Shown piece by piece: positions 50,758 through 60,669 of a DNA stretch of 64,000 nucleotides. This stretch comes from an uncultured Methanosarcinales archaeon (lineage in GTDB: Archaea; Nanobdellota; Nanobdellia; Woesearchaeales; JACPIF01). Below the pieces are notes generated by a model. It was not told the DNA's origin. It saw nothing but the letters and a program-made list of their open reading frames with translations, and did not search any database. The stretch is taken from NCBI GenBank assembly GCA_964602245.1, contig CAZRPY010000001.1, positions 88,246 to 152,245 of the forward strand, given 5' to 3'. Within the stretch, counting starts at the first letter, position 1; the number at the start of each line of letters is the position of its first letter. The translations under genes and the position numbers were made by a program.

Positions 50758-51681
50758 ATGTATATAGTTACTAAAACAAAGGACAAAGTAGAGTCTCTAG
50801 CTGCTAAAGAGCTTAACCATAGGCAAATAAAGGCTTTAACATCTGAGTTAGCTAATAAAATCCTTATTGAGCTAGCTAAAGAGCCATCATATCCAATGGC
50901 TTTGGCAAATAAGCTTAGTATGAATGAACAGAAGATTTATTATCATATTAGGAAGCTGGAAAGAGAAAGGATAATACAGGTTGTTAAGACAGATAGTGTT
51001 CATGGGGCTGTGGCTAATTTCTATGGTCTTGTTGAGCCTGCTTTTGTGGTGAAATATGCTGAGTTTCAAGAGGCGCAGAAAATAGGCATAGAGGAACAAA
51101 CATCATATACTATACTAGATCCGTTTATTGAGAATGGACAGTTGAATGCTGTTATAATAGTAGGAAGTCCTGATCCTCATGGGCCTGAAAAGGCAAGAAG
51201 CAGAGATGGTTATTATGGCATTGATTTTGCCCTTTTCTTAGGCTCTTTTCTTAATGGAGTAAGTAACCTTAATGTTAAGCTGGACACAGAAGCAAGAACT
51301 GAAGATTTACAGAAGAATATTATCCTTATTGGAGGACCAGTAGTTAATAGCATTACTGCTGCAGTCAATTTAAAGATGCCTATAAGGTTTAACAAGGAAG
51401 GTAACTGGGCAATATTTTCAACTATTTCTAATAAAGAATATCACTCTGATGAGGCTGGGGTTATAGTGAAGATGAAAAATCCCTTTAATAAAAAGAAATT
51501 TGTATTAATAATAGCTGGAAAGAGATATGCTGGAACTAAGGCTGTAATGATTGCTTTTATCAAGCATTTTAAGGAGATTGCAAAGGGTAATAAGTTTAAC
51601 GATAAAGTGTTTGCAAAGGTTATTGAAGGGATTGACCTTGACTCTGATGGGATTGTGGATGAGATTGAGGTATTAGAGTAG
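50758..51681 (+). CDS. ArsR-like HTH regulator with a C-terminal domain resembling S-layer protein C-termini
   Basis: YPMALANKL..EQKIYYHIRKLE; GSPDPHGP; NIILIGGPVVN. Confidence 0.75.
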   Translation: MYIVTKTKDKVESLAAKELNHRQIKALTSELANKILIELAKEPSYPMALANKLSMNEQKIYYHIRKLERERIIQVVKTDSVHGAVANFYGLVEPAFVVKYAEFQEAQKIGIEEQTSYTILDPFIENGQLNAVIIVGSPDPHGPEKARSRDGYYGIDFALFLGSFLNGVSNLNVKLDTEARTEDLQKNIILIGGPVVNSITAAVNLKMPIRFNKEGNWAIFSTISNKEYHSDEAGVIVKMKNPFNKKKFVLIIAGKRYAGTKAVMIAFIKHFKEIAKGNKFNDKVFAKVIEGIDLDSDGIVDEIEVLE

Positions 51682-51693
51682 AATGGAATTACC

Positions 51694-52194
51694 TTAAAAA
51701 ACTGCTTTTAGGACTTTATTTACTATCTTACTTAAAGATTTCTTATTAAGTGTTGTTGTATCTATTTTAAGTACCTTATGTCCTTTTTCTATAGCTTCAT
51801 TATAGCATATTTCAAAGATCTCTGCATCAAGGTTTTCTCTAATCTTCTTGCTAGTATAGCCTCTCTTCTCTAGAATTCTTTTTAGTTTTTTAATATCACA
51901 AATAAGTACAATGCATAACTCTACTAATTTTCTTGGCAGATAGTGAGATAGGTGAGAGTCAAATATAATACCCTTGTAATTCTGATTCTTAGCATGATTG
52001 TATAACCTTTTAAATGCGATGACCATTTTATTGGTATCAACTATCTTAACCCTTCTTGATTTGTCATAGCCTGCATAGATGCTATTTCCTAGTTTAGGTA
52101 TATCAACATAATAAAAGCCAAGTTTTTTTGCAAGAATTTTGCTAAGGTATGTTTTACCAGTTCCTGGAGTGCCTGTTATAGCTACTACTTTCAT
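51694..52194 (-). CDS. Adenylate kinase, AK6/Fap7 type
   Basis: TGTPGTGKT, DSHLSH, RGY..KI.EN.AE. Confidence 0.9.
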   Translation of the reverse strand: MKVVAITGTPGTGKTYLSKILAKKLGFYYVDIPKLGNSIYAGYDKSRRVKIVDTNKMVIAFKRLYNHAKNQNYKGIIFDSHLSHYLPRKLVELCIVLICDIKKLKRILEKRGYTSKKIRENLDAEIFEICYNEAIEKGHKVLKIDTTTLNKKSLSKIVNKVLKAVF

Positions 52195-52269
52195 TTAATT
52201 GTGATGTAATACTTTGTATATAAAATTTCTTCCATAAAGCATATATATTCTTAATAATTACCTTAGCAA

Positions 52270-52725
52270 ATGCAATGTGATGTCTGTGGCCAGAGAGAGC
52301 AGCAATATATAGCTATAATTGAGGGAAGCACTTTAAGTGTATGCCAGTATTGTGCAAAATTTGGTAAGGTTTTAAGAAAAATTAACTTAAATAAAGAAAA
52401 ACTAAGTTCTAAAAATCTAAATAGCAAGATAGAAGTGGAAATAATAGAGACAATTGTACCAGATTTTTCTACATTAATTAAAAAGAAAAGAGAATCAATG
52501 AAGTTGAATCATGAGGAATTCGCAGCTAAATTAGGAATAAAGGCTTCGATTCTTCATAAAATTGAAACAGGACATTACAATCCAGATATAAGCACTATTA
52601 AAAAAATAGAGAGCATATTAAATTTAAGATTAACAGAGAAAAATGAGTATAAGGAAGAAGTAAAAGGTAGTAAAGAAATAAAAGGAATGACGATAGGAGA
52701 TTTTATTAAAATAAATAGAAAATAA
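52270..52725 (+). CDS. mbf1: Archaeal multiprotein bridging factor (Zn ribbon + Cro HTH)
   Basis: CDVCG..IEG..VC..CAKFG, HTH, TIGD. Confidence 0.9.
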   Translation: MQCDVCGQREQQYIAIIEGSTLSVCQYCAKFGKVLRKINLNKEKLSSKNLNSKIEVEIIETIVPDFSTLIKKKRESMKLNHEEFAAKLGIKASILHKIETGHYNPDISTIKKIESILNLRLTEKNEYKEEVKGSKEIKGMTIGDFIKINRK

Positions 52726-52726
52726 T

Positions 52727-53368
52727 TTAAATTGATTCTATTGTTTGTTCTATAACATTACTATCCATAAAACCAATATATTTACTATCATTCACTATTA
52801 TTGAAGGTGCTTGATCAATATTATAAAGAGTTTTTATAGTGTTTACAGCGCTGTTATTAATATTTATATCAAACGAATAAACTCTAGCATTTGGATGCTT
52901 TTTTCTTATATAGTTAAGGACAAAACCTTGTTCTTGACATTTTGGACAATCTCCTTTATTAGAGTAGAAATATAGTATTGGTATTAAGGAATTCTGGCAT
53001 TCTTTGTTTGTTTTCTTAATAAATAGCCAATGCCTTATCTCTAGCAAAGAATAATATTCTTTTAATGCTCTAACTCTTTCGTCTTTCTCTCCAAGGCTGT
53101 TTTCCATAAAATCGAGTTTTATACCAACATTATAAAGCTCATCAGTTAATGAGCTTGTGTTTGCTGCATTGCAAGGGTTTTCTGATACTAATAGGTATTC
53201 AATTTCTAGCGCTAATGTATCTACCCTGAGGTCTTGTTCAAGTCTTTCCAATTTCTCTAATTTGATATTTGTTATATAAGAACCTATTAGCAAGCCTATA
53301 ATAAAGATAAGAGTGGTTGTGGCAAAAATAGCCAAGTATTTTGTTTTTGATATTACTTTCCTGTCCAT
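52727..53368 (-). CDS. Membrane-anchored protein with thioredoxin-like C-terminus
   Basis: N-terminal TM, coiled coil, YFYS..CPKC..QG, PSIIVN. Confidence 0.7.
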   Translation of the reverse strand: MDRKVISKTKYLAIFATTTLIFIIGLLIGSYITNIKLEKLERLEQDLRVDTLALEIEYLLVSENPCNAANTSSLTDELYNVGIKLDFMENSLGEKDERVRALKEYYSLLEIRHWLFIKKTNKECQNSLIPILYFYSNKGDCPKCQEQGFVLNYIRKKHPNARVYSFDININNSAVNTIKTLYNIDQAPSIIVNDSKYIGFMDSNVIEQTIESI

Positions 53369-53420
53369 TTTAAGCTTAAAAATAGGGTATTTTATAAATC
53401 TTTAGAGATTAATATATTAG

Positions 53421-54659
53421 TTAAAGCCTTTTGTTACCCCATTTAATCTTTCTGCCTGTAGCTTTGTAAAAAATTGCTGCTATCCACCAAAAGCCGAAAA
53501 GTATCCAATAAGCTATAATATAAAGGACATAATGCCATTTAATACTTAATTTTTCCTTTGAAATATTCTTTGCAAAATATACTATCATAATTCCTAGCAC
53601 TAATGCTAATAAGGAGAGGAACATGAGTGAATTGGTATTTATTAAGTATGTGTCAAAATTGAAATCTATTAAAGTTTTAAAGTCAAAGCCTATAGAATAG
53701 AAGTTAATTATGTTTTGTATTGCACTATCAATGAATTTATAGCTAAAGTAAATTAACGATATAATTACCAGAAATACAGAAAAAAAGGAGGCTGGCAGAA
53801 TAAATAAGCCTAGATTGCCATATTTTCTGCTAAACAGTTCTCTGTATTTCCAAGTATTTTCAAAAAAGCCAATATACCATCTTAATCTTTGCTTATAAAG
53901 CGTACCAAATTTATTTGGGGAAATAGTAAATACCTCTGCGTTAACTGAATTTTCAATATAGTAATTGTGTTTTTGGATTCTTAGAGCAACTTCTATGTCT
54001 TCTGTTAGATTGTTTTCGTCATAGTAGCCATATTTTTCAAAGAATGATTTACGGTATATAGTAAAAGGGCCAGGTGTAACATGTATGCTGCCTAAAAATG
54101 CGAACATTTTTCTAAGAAAAACTCCTATTAAATACTCAATTCTTTGAATTTTTTGCAGGAAATTAGTTGGCTTATGAACTTTTAAGGAGGGAGTTACAGC
54201 CATTATTTTGGGACTTAACTCGAAGTAACTTATGATTTTCCTTAACGCATCTCTTTTTACATACGAATCTGCGTCAAGAGCACCTACAAACTCTGAAGTG
54301 CATCTTTTAAGAGCATAATTGAGAGCTGAAGCTTTTCCTCCATTCTTTTTTCTATATACTCTGCAGTTTTCGTTTTCAAAGTTTTTTGCAATTTTATAGG
54401 TGTTGTCTGTGCTTCCATCATCAACAACTATAATCTTTAATTTATCTTTTGGATAGTCTAGATTTATTAAGGAATTTAAAGTTATTTCTATATTAGATTC
54501 TTCATTAAAGGCTGGAACTATTATTGTTACTTCGGGGTATTTTTCTGGATTTTTGGTTCTTATTGTGCCTTTATTTTCAATAAGTGTTAATATAAAGAAT
54601 ATTGATGTAAATAAACTAAAGTACGCTACTATGTAAACTATTAAATCGCCTGTATTCAT
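53421..54659 (-). CDS. Processive-type GT2 (cellulose synthase/PgaC-like)
   Basis: DDGSTD, GKASALN, DAD, TED, QRLRW; flanking TMs. Confidence 0.9.
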   Translation of the reverse strand: MNTGDLIVYIVAYFSLFTSIFFILTLIENKGTIRTKNPEKYPEVTIIVPAFNEESNIEITLNSLINLDYPKDKLKIIVVDDGSTDNTYKIAKNFENENCRVYRKKNGGKASALNYALKRCTSEFVGALDADSYVKRDALRKIISYFELSPKIMAVTPSLKVHKPTNFLQKIQRIEYLIGVFLRKMFAFLGSIHVTPGPFTIYRKSFFEKYGYYDENNLTEDIEVALRIQKHNYYIENSVNAEVFTISPNKFGTLYKQRLRWYIGFFENTWKYRELFSRKYGNLGLFILPASFFSVFLVIISLIYFSYKFIDSAIQNIINFYSIGFDFKTLIDFNFDTYLINTNSLMFLSLLALVLGIMIVYFAKNISKEKLSIKWHYVLYIIAYWILFGFWWIAAIFYKATGRKIKWGNKRL

Positions 54660-54665
54660 ACATAT

Positions 54666-56108
54666 CTACCCTATGTATTTCCATATACTAATATCACGTT
54701 CTTGATAAATATTTCTAAAAGTTTGATTATTCCTTAGCATATATAATAATCCTTCGTCAGGCTTATTCCATACTAGACCCTCTTTCATATCTTTATCAAT
54801 CCAGATATAAGTAACATTATAAAGCTCTAATAATCTTTTTGTCTCTCTTAGATTCCTTCCATAGAAGATTTTATTAGCGTTCTCAAATCTTTCTAGGGCA
54901 TCTGGGATATAGCTAAAATCGTTATCAAGAATAACTTTTCTATCTGCAAGAAACTCTATCCAATAACCTTTTGAAAAATGAGATAAGACTATTTCATTCC
55001 TTTTAGAATTAACATTTAACCAAACTAAGCTATCTACGACATTTTTGCTAGGATTAGTTGTGGCTAGTCTGCTTAAATATGATATTGAAGAGAATAGTAA
55101 TCCACAAAATATTGCCAAGATAGTTAGTTCCTTAATTAAATACATTGTCCATTTTCTTTTAATGAGGTAGTAAACTCCTATTCCTGAGAAAACTGAGATA
55201 AAAAAATTGAGATAAATATTGGGCAGATCGTTAAATATTGTTAAGACGAATAAAGCGAAAATTGTTAAATATATAATATACAGTTTTCTTTTTTGTCCCC
55301 ATGTAAATACTAGTCCTAAACCTGAGAGAATTAAAGAGAAAACGGAAAAACCTAAATTGTCTCCCATATCAGAAAAAAATCTTTGGAAGAAATTTTTTGG
55401 AAGAAAGTTAACATTATTTGGTAGACCGTATTTCCAATAGAGGACTGAAGAATAAAATATAATGAAAAATGTTAATATGCAGAAAAGCAAGAGATAAAGC
55501 CTTAGCATATGTTTTTTATAAAATGAATATGATAGTAAAACGGCTAATGCGATAAAAGGAGCAATAAAACTGAAAAATGCAGAGATTATTAAGAAGAATA
55601 TTGATAAACTAAAAGAGAGCATATCTTCTTTAAGGAAAAAATAAATTCCCAACAAAGTGAAGAGAATGGCTAATGCCCCTGGACTCGAATAGCTAAAAAT
55701 TCCTAGAAAATGTGGAGAAAGGATTAATATAATTAATATATAAAAGATGCTCTCATTATTAAATTTTAGGTTAGCTAAAAGAGAATGAAAAATAATTAAA
55801 GAAATAAGTCCACTTAATAATGGTAGTAATTGTGACGAGAATTCAGTTCCTAAAAGATAACCAACTCTTGATAAGACTAAATGATAAGGCTCTATAATAT
55901 AAGGTCTTATTCCTGTCACTAACTCATCTTTTTCAGGAATACCATGCTCAATAAGATATCTTGCCATTCTAGCGTGATAATATGATTCTTCTCCTACCAT
56001 TAGAGAATTGAAATTAAAAAACCTGATAAATGGGGTAAGCAATAGAGTAATTATTCCTATAAATATCATTAAAAGGAAGACATTTCTAGTAGTAAAGTAA
56101 GTTTTCAT
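54666..56108 (-). CDS. STT3/AglB-like GT-C membrane protein lacking WWDYG
   Basis: GEESYYHAR; LVWLNVNS..IVLSHFSKGYWI..ADRKVILD. Confidence 0.6.
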   Translation of the reverse strand: MKTYFTTRNVFLLMIFIGIITLLLTPFIRFFNFNSLMVGEESYYHARMARYLIEHGIPEKDELVTGIRPYIIEPYHLVLSRVGYLLGTEFSSQLLPLLSGLISLIIFHSLLANLKFNNESIFYILIILILSPHFLGIFSYSSPGALAILFTLLGIYFFLKEDMLSFSLSIFFLIISAFFSFIAPFIALAVLLSYSFYKKHMLRLYLLLFCILTFFIIFYSSVLYWKYGLPNNVNFLPKNFFQRFFSDMGDNLGFSVFSLILSGLGLVFTWGQKRKLYIIYLTIFALFVLTIFNDLPNIYLNFFISVFSGIGVYYLIKRKWTMYLIKELTILAIFCGLLFSSISYLSRLATTNPSKNVVDSLVWLNVNSKRNEIVLSHFSKGYWIEFLADRKVILDNDFSYIPDALERFENANKIFYGRNLRETKRLLELYNVTYIWIDKDMKEGLVWNKPDEGLLYMLRNNQTFRNIYQERDISIWKYIG

Positions 56109-56109
56109 T

Positions 56110-57609
56110 TTATATCCCTAAAGTACATAAAGATTTGTATAATTGAATATCATCCTTATTGTAAATTTCTTTGAAACATTCTTTATTGCTGACAAAAGAT
56201 AATAATTGAATATTATAAAGTTCTTTTGTTCTTTGTGAAAAATAAATATAACCAATGCCATACTTGTCAATTATCCTTATTGCCTCTGTCTCTAGAGGCG
56301 TACGATAAAATATATTTATATCTTGAAATCTTTGATCTATATTATCAATCAAAAGAAAATTTGTGTCAATAACGTTTCCTCTTTTTCCAATAGTGTTGAT
56401 AAGGTGTCCCTCATATAGATTTCCTAATATTATAGCTTTATCTTCAGTATTTCTGGAGATCCATTCTAGAGCTTTAATTTCTGAATTTGTTACGGTACCT
56501 TGCAAAGCTTTATCTGCTGAATAAAGCGAAGGAATTACTGAAAAGATAAGGAATATCATGGTAAAGAATAAAACAAAGAGATATTGCTTTTTTTGGAACC
56601 TAGTCTTTGATAAATATTGTAAAAATTCTTTATAATAAACTGAAAATAGAATAACTAGTATGGGGCTAAGGAAAAGCATACCTATAACTAGACTAATTAA
56701 TTTTAACCATAATGAAATTGAAATTGAAATTGAAAAAGATATTATAAGATATAATTTTCTATTCTTTTCCTTAAAAAGATATTTATAGATAGTATATACG
56801 CCAAAGATTAATGGAATAAGACCAATTGAGTATATAGATTCAATAATACTTATATCTTTAAAATAATTGATTAGAATCTCAGAAGGTATGTTTTGCCAAA
56901 TGACAAAAATTCCATGAGTGAGAAAAGGTTTTTTAAATGTTATAAAAATTGACCATAATATGAGGAATGTTGAAAATAAGATTATTTCTATTTCTTCTTT
57001 TAATTGAGGCAAACCCTCAAACTTAATCATTATTAAGTAAATCAATAGAGAAAATATGAGTAGAAGAACAGAAGGATGGATAACTCTTAAAAAAAGTATT
57101 AAGATTATTATAATGAACACGTATTTTCTGCTTTCATAAAGTCTTAGCATACAATAAATAAAAAGTAAGATTATAGGGGTTACAAGAGAGTAGACTGAAA
57201 TGTCATTTATTGTTCTGAGATAAAATACTGGGATAAAGCCTGAGACATATGCTGAGAATAATGAAGTGTTTTTATTTTGCGTTAAATATAATGAGAGGTA
57301 ATAGATAATAATTATAATTGAGGTAACTAGTAAATTAGGAATAATCTTATAAACTACAAATTCTGGCAAGAAAAGCCTAAAAAAGGCTAAAACATAAAAG
57401 TAAAGAAATCCTTGGAATAAAGTTCTGCCACCATAACTTAAATTATCCTTAAAGACTGGTAATCCGGTATCAAGAATGTGATCAACTTGTCTTATAGTAT
57501 AGTAAGCATCCAATAAATAATTGTCTGATTGGAAGGCAAAATATAGCCTAACACTAAAGATAATTATAAATAGAATGGCAAGGATTAAATATTCGCTTTT
57601 AATTCTCAT
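56110..57609 (-). CDS. STT3/AglB-like GT-C membrane protein lacking WWDYG
   Basis: DAYYTIRQV, SYGGR; ALEWISRNT..IILGNLYEGHLI..GKRGNVID. Confidence 0.6.
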   Translation of the reverse strand: MRIKSEYLILAILFIIIFSVRLYFAFQSDNYLLDAYYTIRQVDHILDTGLPVFKDNLSYGGRTLFQGFLYFYVLAFFRLFLPEFVVYKIIPNLLVTSIIIIIYYLSLYLTQNKNTSLFSAYVSGFIPVFYLRTINDISVYSLVTPIILLFIYCMLRLYESRKYVFIIIILILFLRVIHPSVLLLIFSLLIYLIMIKFEGLPQLKEEIEIILFSTFLILWSIFITFKKPFLTHGIFVIWQNIPSEILINYFKDISIIESIYSIGLIPLIFGVYTIYKYLFKEKNRKLYLIISFSISISISLWLKLISLVIGMLFLSPILVILFSVYYKEFLQYLSKTRFQKKQYLFVLFFTMIFLIFSVIPSLYSADKALQGTVTNSEIKALEWISRNTEDKAIILGNLYEGHLINTIGKRGNVIDTNFLLIDNIDQRFQDINIFYRTPLETEAIRIIDKYGIGYIYFSQRTKELYNIQLLSFVSNKECFKEIYNKDDIQLYKSLCTLGI

Positions 57610-57662
57610 ATTAAAGGCTTTTTGGCATTAGATTTATTAATTTTGTTGAAATTCTTAGTTAA

Positions 57663-58313
57663 ATGGCTATAAAAATTGAGAAGATTCTGAAAGAAGTCTA
57701 TTCAAAGCCTGGAGTAAAGCTTATTTATGGACCAGCCGGGAGCGGAAAGAGCTTATTTTGCTTACTTGCTATTAAACTGAGGAAAGATAAAGAAGGCAAG
57801 ATAATTTACATTGATTGCCAATCAAGCGTTTTTCCTTATTCAAGATTAAAACAAATATTAAATAGCCAGGACTTAGACTATATAAAAGAAAGTATATTTT
57901 TTATACACCCGAAGAGTTTTTATGAACAGTCTAGAATTATAGATAATGTTTCTAAATTAAAAGATATCAGTATAATTATAATTGATAATATAACTTACCT
58001 CTATAGGTTAGAAAAGGGAGGGTATGGGAAAGCATATAATATTAGTAAAAGTTTAATGAAACAAATTGATACATTAGCTTATATTTCTAATAATCTAAAA
58101 ATACCGATTGTGATTTCCGGTCATATTTATTCTGTACCAAATGAAAGGTCTATGAAAAAGTTTGAGATAGTGGGTGGACAGATATTAAGAAAGAAGGCTG
58201 TGTGGCAGATAGAGCTAATAGAAAGTAGTAGTGAAAGGAAGGTTATTATAGTGCAAGATGGGAAAAAGAATGAGTTTTTATTTAGAATCACTGAAAATGG
58301 AATTGAAGACTAG
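57663..58313 (+). CDS. radB: RadB-like RecA-family ATPase
   Basis: YGPAGSGKS, IYID, IIDNITYLYR, VGG.IL. Confidence 0.75.
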   Translation: MAIKIEKILKEVYSKPGVKLIYGPAGSGKSLFCLLAIKLRKDKEGKIIYIDCQSSVFPYSRLKQILNSQDLDYIKESIFFIHPKSFYEQSRIIDNVSKLKDISIIIIDNITYLYRLEKGGYGKAYNISKSLMKQIDTLAYISNNLKIPIVISGHIYSVPNERSMKKFEIVGGQILRKKAVWQIELIESSSERKVIIVQDGKKNEFLFRITENGIED

Positions 58314-59653
58314 GTATTTTTAAGAAGCCTAAATGAGAGAGAACTTGGATATTTTTTGTATCCTTTTTTAATGTAAAATATATCTTTTATCTGATCATTG
58401 CAAAGAATTAATAAGGCTACTAGTAATAGTATATTAAAGATTAATACTATGATAATTACTTGCTGTATGCTTTGATGGAAGAGAAAAATTAACAACATTT
58501 CTATGAATAATGCAGGAAATAAAACATATAGAATATTCCATTTTTTAATTGCTAGATTATAGACAACAATAACATTGGTTAATGCTAAAAGGCTCATTGC
58601 AATTGAGTAGATACCAATATAAGAAGAGATATTGTACTTATTGCCAACTGCTATATTTACGATAAATGATGGAAACAGAAAATAAGATATTATGACAATA
58701 GAGCAGCCTAAAGTTGTCCAAAATAAGCCAAATCTTAAATATTCTGAGGTATCTTCCCCATTACTATATAATTCTGAAACTTTTGGAAAGATTATAGTGT
58801 TTAATGCACTGGAAATGAAAAAGACAATACTACCGACAAGAGATGTAGCTCCATAAAAACCACTTTCTGTTTCATCAAAAAAAGATTTTACCATCATTAC
58901 ATCGATATTAAGCATAATTCCTATTAGTGATGAGATAAGAGTTGCTAGGATAATATACTCCATTAAGCCAATCTTACCAAGAGGAGTCTTTTTTATCATT
59001 ATTATATTTTTGAGAGCTCCTAGACAGAAAGGTATTGTTGCAACTGCTCCCAGAAACATTGCCAGCACTGCACCATTAACATTGAGTCTTAATAAATAAA
59101 CAAATAATATTCCTAAAATTAGCGTGGCTATGGCTTCAAATATTCTATTAAGCCCTAGAGTAAAATATCTTTGAAGGCCATTAAGAGCGCTTAGCAAAGA
59201 TGTGATAAATAGGAATGACCATATAAATAGACCTAATAGAACTACTGCAAATCTTGAGTTTAAATTGAATAAATCTGAAATATCCTGGGAGAAGATGCTA
59301 AGAAGCAGAAAGACAAGAAAGCCAGAGGCAAACAAGTATTTTATAGAAAGATTAAGGAGCATACTGATTTTATCGTATTGGCTCTTTGCCTTAAAGTAAG
59401 AGATATATTTAATGATGACGATACTAACTACACCTGCTGTGACTGAAGCTATTTGGAATATGGCAAGAAGGACTGCAAAAGCAGAGTAAGATTCTGGGCC
59501 TAACTTTCTACTCATTATAAAGTAAAAGGCTACTGTAAAAATGTTAGCTATGCTGGAGAGCATGAAAGTAGTAAGAAGATGCTTTAAAGCACCTCTATTT
59601 TGGTTTAGGGTACTGGAGATATAAGATTTAGCTTTATCTATAATTTTTGTCAT
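58310..59653 (-). CDS. Polysaccharide flippase-like (MOP) membrane protein
   Basis: RKLGPESY, NGLQRY, NIDV.MVK, GFY, FPKVS. Confidence 0.8.
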   Translation of the reverse strand: MTKIIDKAKSYISSTLNQNRGALKHLLTTFMLSSIANIFTVAFYFIMSRKLGPESYSAFAVLLAIFQIASVTAGVVSIVIIKYISYFKAKSQYDKISMLLNLSIKYLFASGFLVFLLLSIFSQDISDLFNLNSRFAVVLLGLFIWSFLFITSLLSALNGLQRYFTLGLNRIFEAIATLILGILFVYLLRLNVNGAVLAMFLGAVATIPFCLGALKNIIMIKKTPLGKIGLMEYIILATLISSLIGIMLNIDVMMVKSFFDETESGFYGATSLVGSIVFFISSALNTIIFPKVSELYSNGEDTSEYLRFGLFWTTLGCSIVIISYFLFPSFIVNIAVGNKYNISSYIGIYSIAMSLLALTNVIVVYNLAIKKWNILYVLFPALFIEMLLIFLFHQSIQQVIIIVLIFNILLLVALLILCNDQIKDIFYIKKGYKKYPSSLSFRLLKNT

Positions 59654-59689
59654 TTGAAGATTTTTAATATAGCTAAGATTTAAATGTTA

Positions 59690-60289
59690 TTATTCATCTG
59701 AGAAATCTTCTAGCTTAAGATTAATCTCCTCATTTTCTTTAATTAAGCCTCTTTTCTTCATATACTCATTAGCAAGTATCCAGAACAATACCCCTAGGCT
59801 TTTCTTACCTTTATTATTACAAGGCACAACTAAATCGATATTATTTGACTGATTATTAGTATGGCATAGGGCTATAACAGGAATCCCTATCTTTAAGGCG
59901 TCATTAACTGCGTTTCTATCAGGCCAAGCATCTGTAACTAGAATAATTTTAGGCTCAAAATATGTTTCAAGCTTGGGATTTGTTAGAATGCCTGGAGGGT
60001 ATCTTCCTGCAAATACTCTAGAGCCTGTAACCTTGCCAAAGGCTTTAACTGGTTTCCAACCATTTTCTCTCCTGCTAACAATGAGAATTTCTTCTGGCTT
60101 ATAGTTTGCCAGTAGGTTTGCTGCCTGCTTAATTCTTTCATCTATCTTTTGCAAGTTAAGAACTGACAAGCCATCTGGTCTAGTCTTGTAAATAAACTGT
60201 TCCATATGCCTAGTCTTGAATTTAGTGCCAATATAGATTCCCGATTTTAAGTAGATATCCTGTGGAACTAGTAATGCTTCTTCTGCCAT
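59690..60289 (-). CDS. rps2: 30S ribosomal protein uS2
   Basis: YL.SG..IGT, RPDGL.VL, GRYPPG.LTNP, IPVIALC, PCNNKGKKSL. Confidence 0.96.
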   Translation of the reverse strand: MAEEALLVPQDIYLKSGIYIGTKFKTRHMEQFIYKTRPDGLSVLNLQKIDERIKQAANLLANYKPEEILIVSRRENGWKPVKAFGKVTGSRVFAGRYPPGILTNPKLETYFEPKIILVTDAWPDRNAVNDALKIGIPVIALCHTNNQSNNIDLVVPCNNKGKKSLGVLFWILANEYMKKRGLIKENEEINLKLEDFSDE

Positions 60290-60375
60290 TTTAGCCTTAT
60301 ATTTTTAATTTGTACTTTTTTATTGTAATTCTTTTATTTTTTAAATTGTATTTTTGTTTATTTTTTATTTACTTA

Positions 60376-60526
60376 ATTTGCAATACGGTTACGAACTACG
60401 CAACATACCTGTCAGCTAGTACACTTTACAGCACTGATAAGCGGACCTAGTGCATAGCCTCGTATTTCGAGGCTCGTTAATGCTAATTATTATTTTATTA
60501 ATATTTTTTATTTGCTTAATGCAAGT
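60376..60526 (-). ncRNA. Unassigned structured element, copy 2, within the rps2 5' region
   Basis: Same conserved blocks and stems as 44884..45027. Confidence 0.6.
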
Positions 60527-60669
60527 TACTATTAATTATTTTAAATAGTACTTTCTGCCATTTTTATTGCCTTATGCAGTTATCGCAAGCACTATAGCCA
60601 GTACTTGCTTTTGGCATTATAATAATGGAAAGAAGATGGAATTTATAAAGGTTGTGGGGTTTTGTATGC

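Noticed and set aside
56713..56735. TGAAAT hexamer repeat (also ATGCCT repeat near 28975)
   Set aside because: Short in-frame repeats encoding SISISI / GIGIG in TM helices; no sign of phase variation
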